The notes below the pieces were generated by a model. The model saw only the letters and a list, made by a program, of their open reading frames with translations. It made no database searches and was not told where the DNA came from. Both the position numbers and the translations under genes were made by a program. Shown here piece by piece: positions 57,287-64,000 of a stretch of DNA of 64,000 nucleotides (the stretch's first letter is position 1; every line of letters begins with the position of its first letter). The DNA is from Oscillospiraceae bacterium (GTDB lineage Bacteria; Bacillota; Clostridia; UMGS1883), in assembly GCA_015068735.1 (NCBI GenBank), contig SVJW01000003.1, positions 9,735 to 73,734 of the forward strand, given 5' to 3'.

Positions 57287-58306
57287 TTACATCATTTTCT
57301 TTACCGTATCTCCCTCTATCAGGTAAGGTTCAAGAAGGAGTCTTGTTTTTGGGGGATCTTCTGTCCCTTTAAGTCTTTTTATAAGAAGCTCCCCTACCTG
57401 CTTCCCTATATGTTCTTCAGGTTGGTAGACTGTAGTTATTATCCGCTTTCTGTCATCGTTAAAATTATGAATATCAAAGCCTACCACGGACAAATCCTCC
57501 GGTACCCGAAGCCCCTTTTCCCTGATAGCCTTCAAAGCTCCGTACGTCATCTTTTCAGAAGTTACATACACCGCGGAGAAGTCAATTTTTTCTCTTTTTT
57601 CAAGAAGCTTTTTCATAGCTTCATATCCGGATTCCATTTTATAGTCACCGTAGAAAACAAGATTTTCGTCATAGCTAATACCGTTCTGCAAAAGAGCCTG
57701 CTTGTAGCCTTCCAGACGTTCTATACCGGTTGTCTCCGTTTTTGAACCTATAATCGTAGCGATATTTTTATGTCCTGCTAAAATAAGGTGCTCCGTAGCA
57801 ATACGACTTGCCTTCATATTATCCACAGTTATAACATCAATATCGTTAAGAAGCGGAATATTATCTATAAAAACTACAGGGGTTTGAGACGAAAGAAAAG
57901 GTGCTGCCGCTTCTCCGGTACAATCTACCGTTGCCAAAACCAATGCATCTACACGCCGACGGTAAAGTCGCTCTACGTATTTCTTTTCTTTTTCGGCTTT
58001 TTCATGGGAATCGGCAATAATTATCATATAACCGTACTTAACCATTACCTCTTCAAGCCCTTTTACAATCTTTGCAAAAAAGTTTTCCGAAATATCTGGC
58101 AAAACAACGGCAATTGTTTCTGTGGACGATTTCTGAAGCGACCTTGCAACCTCGTTGGGAACATAGTCAAGCTTTTTCGCCATTTCAAGAACTTTTTTCC
58201 TTGTTTCTTCCTTTACTACGCTTTTACCGTTCAATGCACGGGAAACAGTAGAAACGGAAATTCCCATTTCTTTCGCTATGTATTTTAAAGTGCTGTTTCC
58301 TTTCAT
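57287..58306 (-). CDS. LacI-family transcriptional regulator
   Basis: N-terminal HTH LKYIAKEMGISVSTVSRALNG plus a periplasmic-binding-protein-like core. The start was chosen at MKGNST, after a GAGGG SD. Confidence 0.9.
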   Translation of the reverse strand: MKGNSTLKYIAKEMGISVSTVSRALNGKSVVKEETRKKVLEMAKKLDYVPNEVARSLQKSSTETIAVVLPDISENFFAKIVKGLEEVMVKYGYMIIIADSHEKAEKEKKYVERLYRRRVDALVLATVDCTGEAAAPFLSSQTPVVFIDNIPLLNDIDVITVDNMKASRIATEHLILAGHKNIATIIGSKTETTGIERLEGYKQALLQNGISYDENLVFYGDYKMESGYEAMKKLLEKREKIDFSAVYVTSEKMTYGALKAIREKGLRVPEDLSVVGFDIHNFNDDRKRIITTVYQPEEHIGKQVGELLIKRLKGTEDPPKTRLLLEPYLIEGDTVKKMM

Positions 58307-58323
58307 TGCATTTTCGCCCTCTT

Positions 58324-58338
58324 TTGCAAACGTTTGTA
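58324..58338. promoter_or_regulatory. Second LacI-type operator (autoregulatory position)
   Basis: TTGCAAACGTTTGTA, 18 nt upstream of the lacI-like ATG, with one mismatch to the 57218 site. Confidence 0.6.
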
Positions 58339-58518
58339 TTTTGATTTTACATCGTTCTTTTTTCTTTGTCAAGTTTTTTTATTTAATTTTAAAATCATAT
58401 AACATAATTATAATAATGATTTACAATCCTCTCGCAGGAAAGATAATGTTTATATAAGCTTGGGAGTGAATGGATAACGGATCAATAAACATAAATTATA
58501 TATGAATACAAAATTATA

Positions 58519-59025
58519 TTGGGCAGAAAAGGCATCCAGACGGACATTACCATAAGTTTTGAAAAATCTGATTTTCCTCATCTTATAGGGCTTCATAAAC
58601 TCACAGATGTTTTAACCGGAGATATAGCAACAGAAAAGATTTTTGATAAATGTCTAAGCAGAAAAATTTCGTATGACACGATATCTAAAAGTGCATTCTT
58701 CACGAAATTAGGTAATCGTTTTGAATATTTTAATAGGCTTGAGGAGATTCTTGATAGCAATGATATAATATTCAAATGCAACACTAAAAGCATGTCGGCT
58801 TATTCTAAAATAAAAGCTGATTTTGGTTTAAAAAACATATTGGAGGAACTCACTTTCTATTTGTTCATTCAAAAAAGAAGTTCTTCCGAAAAGCAATTCT
58901 GTAAATCATTTATTCAAGAAGATATTATTGACTATACATACGGACAAACAAGAATGACGCTCTTATACAAAGAAAAAATAAATAAAAAAACCGGTGATAA
59001 TGTTATTCAGTACAATCGGTTATAG
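58519..59025 (+). pseudogene. PBECR-like (Barnase/EndoU/ColicinE5-D/RelE-type) nuclease domain gene, probably 5'-truncated
   Basis: ITISFEKSDFPHLIGLHKLTD resembles the PBECR4-type core as I recall it. The frame opens only 8 codons upstream of a TTG, with no in-frame ATG or SD. An out-of-frame ATG at 58502 gives only 17 codons. Confidence 0.45.
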
Positions 59026-59055
59026 AAAATGTTTTCTGCATAAACAACTGATACC

Positions 59056-59075
59056 TTGCCACAAATTTGTCACAA
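59056..59075 (+). repeat. Iteron-like direct repeat pair TTGCCACAAA-TTTGTCACAA
   Basis: Two TTGYCACAA half-sites 11 nt apart. The whole 20-mer recurs at 59270-59289 with one change. Confidence 0.6.
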
Positions 59076-59228
59076 CAAAATATTAAAAATTGCAAAAATC
59101 ACACACTTTATGGCAAAAAAATAAACAGTAAGTTATACAAAACCTACTGTTTTAGCCGTTTTCAGGCGTTTTTAACGATATTTGACGCTCTCTATAGAAC
59201 TCAAAGAGATAAAGACTTTGTATCAAAA

Positions 59229-59262
59229 ATCCCACAACCACGCGGTTTGTGGGATTTTTTTT
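59229..59262 (+). terminator. Orphan rho-independent terminator in the cargo intergenic region
   Basis: ATCCCACAACC..GGTTTGTGGGAT followed by TTTTTTTT, about 200 nt from the nearest upstream gene end. Confidence 0.6.
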
Positions 59263-59269
59263 ACCCATT

Positions 59270-59289
59270 TTGCCACAAATTTGCCACAA
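59270..59289 (+). repeat. Iteron-like direct repeat pair TTGCCACAAA-TTTGCCACAA
   Basis: Second copy, lying a few tens of nt upstream of the putative promoter (TTTACA, 18 nt, TATAAT) of the large gene. Confidence 0.6.
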
Positions 59290-59443
59290 GTGGGTGAAAT
59301 TTTTACATATTTACATTTGTCATAACATATATTTATAATTAGATACGTAAAGTTATCTTTTATAAAAAATTGGCGAATTTTGGCATAAAAAATTGAAGTA
59401 TGGAGGTGTTTATGTTATAATGACATTAGAGGTGATGATTCAG

Positions 59444-61555
59444 ATGCAAAATCCTAATGCATTAATAGCTATGGCACAAGTTAGTGGTAGTTCAAATAAT
59501 CCATACTCCGTTTTTTGTGAATACATAAAATATTGTATGGCTATTAATCCTACCGAGTTAATGACAATAACAGAACTAATTAACTCTATAAGCGATCAAT
59601 TTGGAATTCATTTGCCATACAATGTTACCTTGCAATGTATGCAAATACTTAGTAAATTTGGGTATGTTAGTATTCAGAACAAATGCTATCATAGAGACGG
59701 TGATTTCGATATTAGAGCATTTGAAAAGGAACGTGACGACTATAGAAGCGTTGAAAACACCTTGATAAGCGGATTGATTGAATATGGTAATAGATACGGC
59801 CATACTTGGACCACTGACGAGGCTCGAAAACTTCTCATAAGTGTGTTAGATAGAAGAGGTATTGCTTTTGATATTTTTCTTAAAAACGATGTATCGGAAG
59901 AAATTACCGATGTCGAGTTGCTCGAAGCAGAAGACATTGAAATCATAGAAGATAATGACATCGAAAACGATAATTCTCGAATGGAGCAAATTAATAATCA
60001 ACCAATTTATGAAGATTTATTCTTTGTAGGAAAGTTTATACAGGCAACACTTAATACTCAAGGCTCTATGAGAGACTATCTGATTAAAGTCTGTCAAGGA
60101 TTGATGCTTTGTTCTGCTGCCTATCAATTACCTTCGTCAGATTCAGGTGTAGTCTTTGATTCAATTACGGATACTAGTTTTTTCTTTGACACAAAACTTT
60201 TATTAAGATTCTTGGGCTGTGCTGGACAAGCAGCAGTTGAAGCCGCAAAAGAATTGGTAGATCTTATTCAAACCAATGGTGGAAAAATATATTATTATGC
60301 CCAAACTTTAGAAGAAATGAACCGAGCATTTGAAAAAGCAATACGCAGTTTACAAAAGAATCAGCCTCCATATGACGAAGATATGCGTTTATTTGCGTTA
60401 AAAAACAAAAACAGCATTGATGTTCTTTATTCTAAAAAAACAACTATTGAAAAAGAACTTTCATCGCACAAAATATTTAAGAGAGCCAACGAAACCTTTG
60501 ACGAAAAATCAAGATTACAATTTGGTTTTGACCGATTAGATTTGCAACAATACATGCAAACACATTTGTCTTGGGAACCGAAAACAGTTGAAAACGATGC
60601 CTTAGCAATATGGGAAACCCATATGAAACGCAGCGGAAACTATAGTGAATATTGTGGAACTAAAGACAAATTACCCGTTTTTGTTACCACTAACACAAAA
60701 TTGATAGGGATCGTATTAAGTTACAAGGAAAACCGAGCAAACACAACGAATCTTCATGGTTGGAAGTCGAATCGCTTGCCTGTTATTTCAGATGTCAGAT
60801 TAACTTGTAGATTGTGGAATCCTTCTATGAACCAAGAAAGACTACCTGTATTATATTTAACAGCCAATGCTGTTGCAGCACAACGTCCAACTCAAAAATA
60901 TATAAATAGGATAAAAGATGTTGTTGAACAGATACAAAAATCCACACCAGAATATTCTTCAATATGTTTGGCAGCTTATTTCGATGATAAAGTAACAGAT
61001 ACCATTTTAAATGCAACTGTTGGACTAGAAGAAAATTTTGAAATCGGCAAATTAGCGTCAACAATTGACGAGGTTATTGAATTCAAAGCACGCGAACAAG
61101 AAAAAGAAACAGCAAAATATAAACAAGAATGTGATGTTTTGACAAAGGAAAGAGAAGTCGCAAGGCAAAAAACAATTGACGGTGCTGTTTCATCTCACAT
61201 TGATCATCTTGGAATCAAAGGTTTTTTTCTATGGTTAACACTACATTGGGATACCATTTTTATGTGTGTTTTTTTAATAATATCTGCACTCGCATCTTTT
61301 CTTGACAAATTAATAACCGGCGTCCTGCTTTTTGTTGTAGTATTAATTATTCAGTCAATAGAAAAATTTGCTCTTTCCAATTGGCTAAAGAAAAAAATTT
61401 TAAATTTGGTTTTAAATAGTACAAAAGAAACTTACAAAAATAAAATCTCTAAAAATCTTCGAGGCAACGAACTAAATTTCAAAGATGAAATTATTAGTCA
61501 ATGTATAGAAAGAACAAAACTTTTCAAAAAATGTGAAGATGTTTTAAACAAATAG
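59444..61555 (+). CDS. Large orphan protein: N-terminal wHTH-like region, PIN-like nuclease-fold domain, coiled coil, two C-terminal TM helices
   Basis: The ORF is open from 59393. The start was chosen at MQNPN, 8 nt after a GAGGTGA SD. PIN-like blocks are TSFFFDTKLLLRFLG, YYAQTLEEMNRAF, ENDALAIWETHM and LPVFVTTNTKLIG. The TM segments are FFLWLTLHWDTIFMCVFLIISALASFL and GVLLFVVVLIIQSI. No Walker A motif was seen. Confidence 0.6.
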   Translation: MQNPNALIAMAQVSGSSNNPYSVFCEYIKYCMAINPTELMTITELINSISDQFGIHLPYNVTLQCMQILSKFGYVSIQNKCYHRDGDFDIRAFEKERDDYRSVENTLISGLIEYGNRYGHTWTTDEARKLLISVLDRRGIAFDIFLKNDVSEEITDVELLEAEDIEIIEDNDIENDNSRMEQINNQPIYEDLFFVGKFIQATLNTQGSMRDYLIKVCQGLMLCSAAYQLPSSDSGVVFDSITDTSFFFDTKLLLRFLGCAGQAAVEAAKELVDLIQTNGGKIYYYAQTLEEMNRAFEKAIRSLQKNQPPYDEDMRLFALKNKNSIDVLYSKKTTIEKELSSHKIFKRANETFDEKSRLQFGFDRLDLQQYMQTHLSWEPKTVENDALAIWETHMKRSGNYSEYCGTKDKLPVFVTTNTKLIGIVLSYKENRANTTNLHGWKSNRLPVISDVRLTCRLWNPSMNQERLPVLYLTANAVAAQRPTQKYINRIKDVVEQIQKSTPEYSSICLAAYFDDKVTDTILNATVGLEENFEIGKLASTIDEVIEFKAREQEKETAKYKQECDVLTKEREVARQKTIDGAVSSHIDHLGIKGFFLWLTLHWDTIFMCVFLIISALASFLDKLITGVLLFVVVLIIQSIEKFALSNWLKKKILNLVLNSTKETYKNKISKNLRGNELNFKDEIISQCIERTKLFKKCEDVLNK

Positions 61556-61706
61556 CTATACTCTATTTTAACACAAAACCACAGGCTGTTAACTAAGATA
61601 AATTCAATTGTTTGTTGACGGACTTTCTAACATTTTTGTGGAAAATTTCTTTTAAAAGGTCAATTTGAGGATTTTCTTGAAAATTCAGTGTTTTGCCAAA
61701 AATTAT

Positions 61707-61741
61707 GAGGTATCTCCCCTGTGGAGATACCTCTGTTTTAT
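61707..61741. terminator. Bidirectional terminator (11-bp GC-containing stem)
   Basis: GAGGTATCTCC-CCTGT-GGAGATACCTC, with T-rich tracts on both strands. It lies between the convergent large gene and the integrase. Confidence 0.7.
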
Positions 61742-61825
61742 TGCCTTTACCTTGTATTATTGAATTCAAAAACACATAGACAGAACCCGTTTTCGTTCAG
61801 ATGTTTTCAACTTTGCTGACAATTA

Positions 61826-61876
61826 TTTAAAGTATACTTATAATTTTCGACGCAATTATTGTAAGTATACTTTAAA
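61826..61876. promoter_or_regulatory. Perfect 15-bp inverted repeat (two AAGTATACTT palindromic cores 33 bp apart) next to the integrase 3' end
   Basis: TTTAAAGTATACTTA, 21 nt, TAAGTATACTTTAAA. Each arm is preceded by AATTATT. Confidence 0.5.
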
Positions 61877-61899
61877 TTTTAGAATTATCTACCTATAAT

Positions 61900-63078
61900 T
61901 TACCCAAACAAAGCGCTTGATACCGTTTTTGCCATTCTTATTTTAACCTCGGCGTACATATGGGCGTACACTCGGGATGTGATGTCCGAACTTGCATGTC
62001 CGAGATGGGCGGATATGTTCTCAATATCCTCTCCGGAGAAAAGAAGCAATGCCGCATTGGTGTGCCTTAGGCCGTGGATAGTCAGATTGTTTTCAAGGTT
62101 TAACTCCTCCCTGTGTTTCTTGACAAATCGCCTGAACTGATCGTTAAGCAGGCTTCGGTCGTACCAATGGCCTGTACAACTTGTAAACACCAATTCCGGA
62201 TGTTGCCATGCTGCACCCACGATTTCTTTCTGTTTATCCTGTTCCTCCTTCTGTTTTTTTAAAATCCCTATAGCCTTATCATCTATGGCTATAGTCCTTG
62301 TACTCCTTTCTGTTTTTGGTGTAGAAAGAAACCATTCATTCTCCGCATAGGATAATGTTTTATCAATAAAAATAGTCTTGTTTTGGAAATTTATTGAACT
62401 CCATCGGAGACCGAGGCATTCCCCAGAGCGCATTCCCGTCAGCAACAGCAATTTCACTATTGTATTAAATACGCTATATTCCTCGAGCAATAACATTAGC
62501 TTTTGCGATTGCTGTAGGTTTAATACATTCTCTATCTTTCCATACTCCCTTTCTGTACTTTCCTTCCATATTGCTCCACTACAGGGATTTTCTTTTATGT
62601 ATTTTTGACTTACCGCGTATTTCAATATACTGTGAAATACGATTTTTATCTTATTTGCGGTCAAAGGCTTACACTTAAGCCCCGTAAGGAAAGCTGATAC
62701 ATCGGATGTTTCAATATCCTTAAGTTTCCTGTTTCCGAATACCGGTGCGATATGGTTTTTTACGTTTGATTTATAGTTTTCTATCGTAACTCTTTTGAGT
62801 TTATTCGGAGCGTACTCCGCAAAATAAATCTCACACAACTGGTTAAATCGCATATTTTCACCAAAAGATTTATTTCCTCTGGCTTTGCAAGCAAACTCTA
62901 TATAAGCTTCCATAGCCAGTCTGTCAGCCTTGGTTTCGGAGACTCCTTCCGGAGCAGTAAAGGTTCCGTAATGACGGATATGCTTCCCTGCTCCATCGTA
63001 GCCTGCTGACACATTAAATTCATATGTATTGCCCCTTTTTCTGATTCCGGGAGCAACCTTCCTTATTTCCTGTGCCAT
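61900..63078 (-). CDS. Tyrosine-type site-specific integrase
   Basis: 392 aa. The catalytic R..HxxR..H..Y pattern is present in TGMRSGE, HGLRHTNA, LGHAS and VYAHMY. An N-terminal SAM-like arm/core-binding region is present. Confidence 0.92.
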   Translation of the reverse strand: MAQEIRKVAPGIRKRGNTYEFNVSAGYDGAGKHIRHYGTFTAPEGVSETKADRLAMEAYIEFACKARGNKSFGENMRFNQLCEIYFAEYAPNKLKRVTIENYKSNVKNHIAPVFGNRKLKDIETSDVSAFLTGLKCKPLTANKIKIVFHSILKYAVSQKYIKENPCSGAIWKESTEREYGKIENVLNLQQSQKLMLLLEEYSVFNTIVKLLLLTGMRSGECLGLRWSSINFQNKTIFIDKTLSYAENEWFLSTPKTERSTRTIAIDDKAIGILKKQKEEQDKQKEIVGAAWQHPELVFTSCTGHWYDRSLLNDQFRRFVKKHREELNLENNLTIHGLRHTNAALLLFSGEDIENISAHLGHASSDITSRVYAHMYAEVKIRMAKTVSSALFG

Positions 63079-63090
63079 TGCGAGTCCCCC

Positions 63091-63276
63091 TTATGCTGTT
63101 ACGGTCAATGTTCTCAGATAATCACATAAATTATCAAAGTTTATAAGAGCCTTTTTCCCTGAATACACCGCTTGTATCTGTCCATTACGGAGCATTACTC
63201 TTATTGTATTCTCGGGAAGAAGTCCCGTTTTTGCTATCTGTCTTACTGTCATCATTTTTGGCATTGTTTTTTCCAT
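63091..63276 (-). CDS. Excisionase-like HTH protein
   Basis: 61 aa. MTVRQIAKTGLLPENTIRVMLRNGQIQAVYSGKKALINFDNL is the Xis/AlpA-type HTH pattern. It lies directly upstream of int. Confidence 0.7.
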   Translation of the reverse strand: MEKTMPKMMTVRQIAKTGLLPENTIRVMLRNGQIQAVYSGKKALINFDNLCDYLRTLTVTA

Positions 63277-63382
63277 ATTGTCTACCTCACAATAAAAATA
63301 TTTTCGCTATCCTCTTCGTATATAGTACGGCGAATTACGTCCATATACCCGAGGGTGTTGCCACCTCCTCTATGGTGTGATT

Positions 63383-63408
63383 TCCGGTGGCTGTTACGCC
63401 ACCGGATT
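63383..63408 (-). terminator. Hairpin after the primase gene
   Basis: CCGGTGGC..GCCACCGG stem just downstream of the primase stop. Confidence 0.45.
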
Positions 63409-63415
63409 ATTTAGA

Positions 63416-64000
63416 TTACTTCAGTTTGATACCAAGGTACTTTCTCGATATCTTATCCTTGCCTCGCTTATAGCCACGAGCAGCAAAGTCCTTTCCAAAT
63501 TTCGTCTCACTCATGGCGGTAAGAAAGTTGTCAGAACAGAAGTCAATATATGCTTCATACAATATCCTGGCTCTGATCTCTCCACCTTTTTCCTCCTTGA
63601 TGCAAGCCTCGATGAACGAACCAAGCGTATCCTGTGACTTACGATACTTTTTTGTCGCTTTCTCCACTGCCTCACAAGAACCCAGCCCATCTGCATAGTA
63701 CTTCATAGCTCCTTTAACCAAAAAGGCAAGTACTCCCGCTCGTTCTTGCTTCAATTCATTAAGCAAGTTTTTGTTCAGTTTGTTTTTAGAAACTGTATAT
63801 TCAAAAGGAATGACACGAATTCTTCTCCATATTCCATGGTCAGTCCCGGTAATAATAGGAAGATAATTAGTATCAATCAGCAACTTGAACTCCGGATTAA
63901 ACGTAAAGGCCATCTTATAAAGCTGCCTTGCTGACAGGGTCTCCCCACTTGACATGATCTTAATTTTTCCTTCGTTAAGGACATCCGTACAATTTAATTC
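63416..64000 (-). CDS. Phage/plasmid primase, P4-family C-terminal domain (5' part outside the window)
   Basis: The frame is open to the window edge. LSARQLYKMAFTFNPEFKLLIDTNYLPIITGTDHGIWRRIRVIPF is the conserved P4/D5-type C-terminal block. Confidence 0.8.
   Translation of the reverse strand, partial: ELNCTDVLNEGKIKIMSSGETLSARQLYKMAFTFNPEFKLLIDTNYLPIITGTDHGIWRRIRVIPFEYTVSKNKLNKNLLNELKQERAGVLAFLVKGAMKYYADGLGSCEAVEKATKKYRKSQDTLGSFIEACIKEEKGGEIRARILYEAYIDFCSDNFLTAMSETKFGKDFAARGYKRGKDKISRKYLGIKLK

Larger units (their letters stand above)
58373..64000. mobile_element. AT-rich acquired segment: cargo genes plus the integrase/Xis/primase module of an integrative element (right end outside the window)
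   Basis: Composition turns abruptly AT-rich after the lacI-like gene. It contains a tyrosine integrase, an Xis-like HTH and a P4-type primase C-terminus. I could not identify the att sites. Confidence 0.6.

Noticed and set aside
59067-59297. A 76-aa ORF in the cargo intergenic region, and the 60-aa ORF at 61593-61775.
   Set aside because: - They have non-ATG or unsupported starts and no SD.
- They read through strong terminator hairpins and the iteron-like repeats.
- They are likely non-coding.

Overview
This 64-kb chromosomal window looks like it comes from a Clostridia-type Firmicute. The evidence is AGGAGG-type ribosome-binding sites (SDs), a CIRCE/HrcA heat-shock operon, a T-box leader, SLH-anchored surface proteins and encoded tRNA CCA ends. 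Almost all genes are on the minus strand.

Layout:
- 1-23.7 kb is a housekeeping core. It holds an aminotransferase, the hrcA-grpE-dnaK-dnaJ-prmA-rsmE operon, T-box-controlled thrS, an S-layer-like SLH protein, htrA, ispDF, carD, a CorC-type transporter, metA-metY and tRNA-Arg(ACG).
- 23.7-25.8 kb is a decayed integration hotspot at the tRNA-Arg 3' end. It contains a duplicated att-like repeat, a truncated Bro-N gene, a DUF960-like pseudogene split by a MITE-like element, and a lone Xis-like HTH gene.
- 25.8-30.3 kb is a GldA/F/G-like ABC operon plus a DUF4340 gene.
- 30.4-54.1 kb is a Gram-positive polysaccharide-utilisation locus. It encodes a 2155-aa SLH-anchored heparinase II/III-type lyase, GH88, GH-like proteins, an esterase, a DegT aminotransferase, a cupin, a sugar ABC importer and an AraC regulator.
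- 54.2-58.4 kb is a LacI-controlled M81/M24 peptidase operon ending in a homolog of the Anabaena sensory-rhodopsin transducer (ASRT).
- 58.4-64.0 kb is visibly AT-rich acquired DNA. It carries a truncated PBECR-like nuclease gene and a ~700-aa PIN-like/2-TM protein, followed by integrase, Xis and a P4-type primase that runs off the window.

Most noteworthy observations:
- The orphan PIN-like membrane protein next to the integrase, a candidate defence or abortive-infection gene.
- A RAYT transposase flanked by identical 35-nt palindromes (a REPtron), with a third copy nearby.
- A dispersed ~140-nt element with compensatory base changes, one copy sitting inside the dnaK-dnaJ spacer.
- The MITE-like insertion in the DUF960-like gene.
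- An in-frame PPTase::DUF1015 fusion.

No CRISPR array, rRNA or reverse transcriptase was seen. All family assignments rest on motif recognition by eye, and no database search was run.
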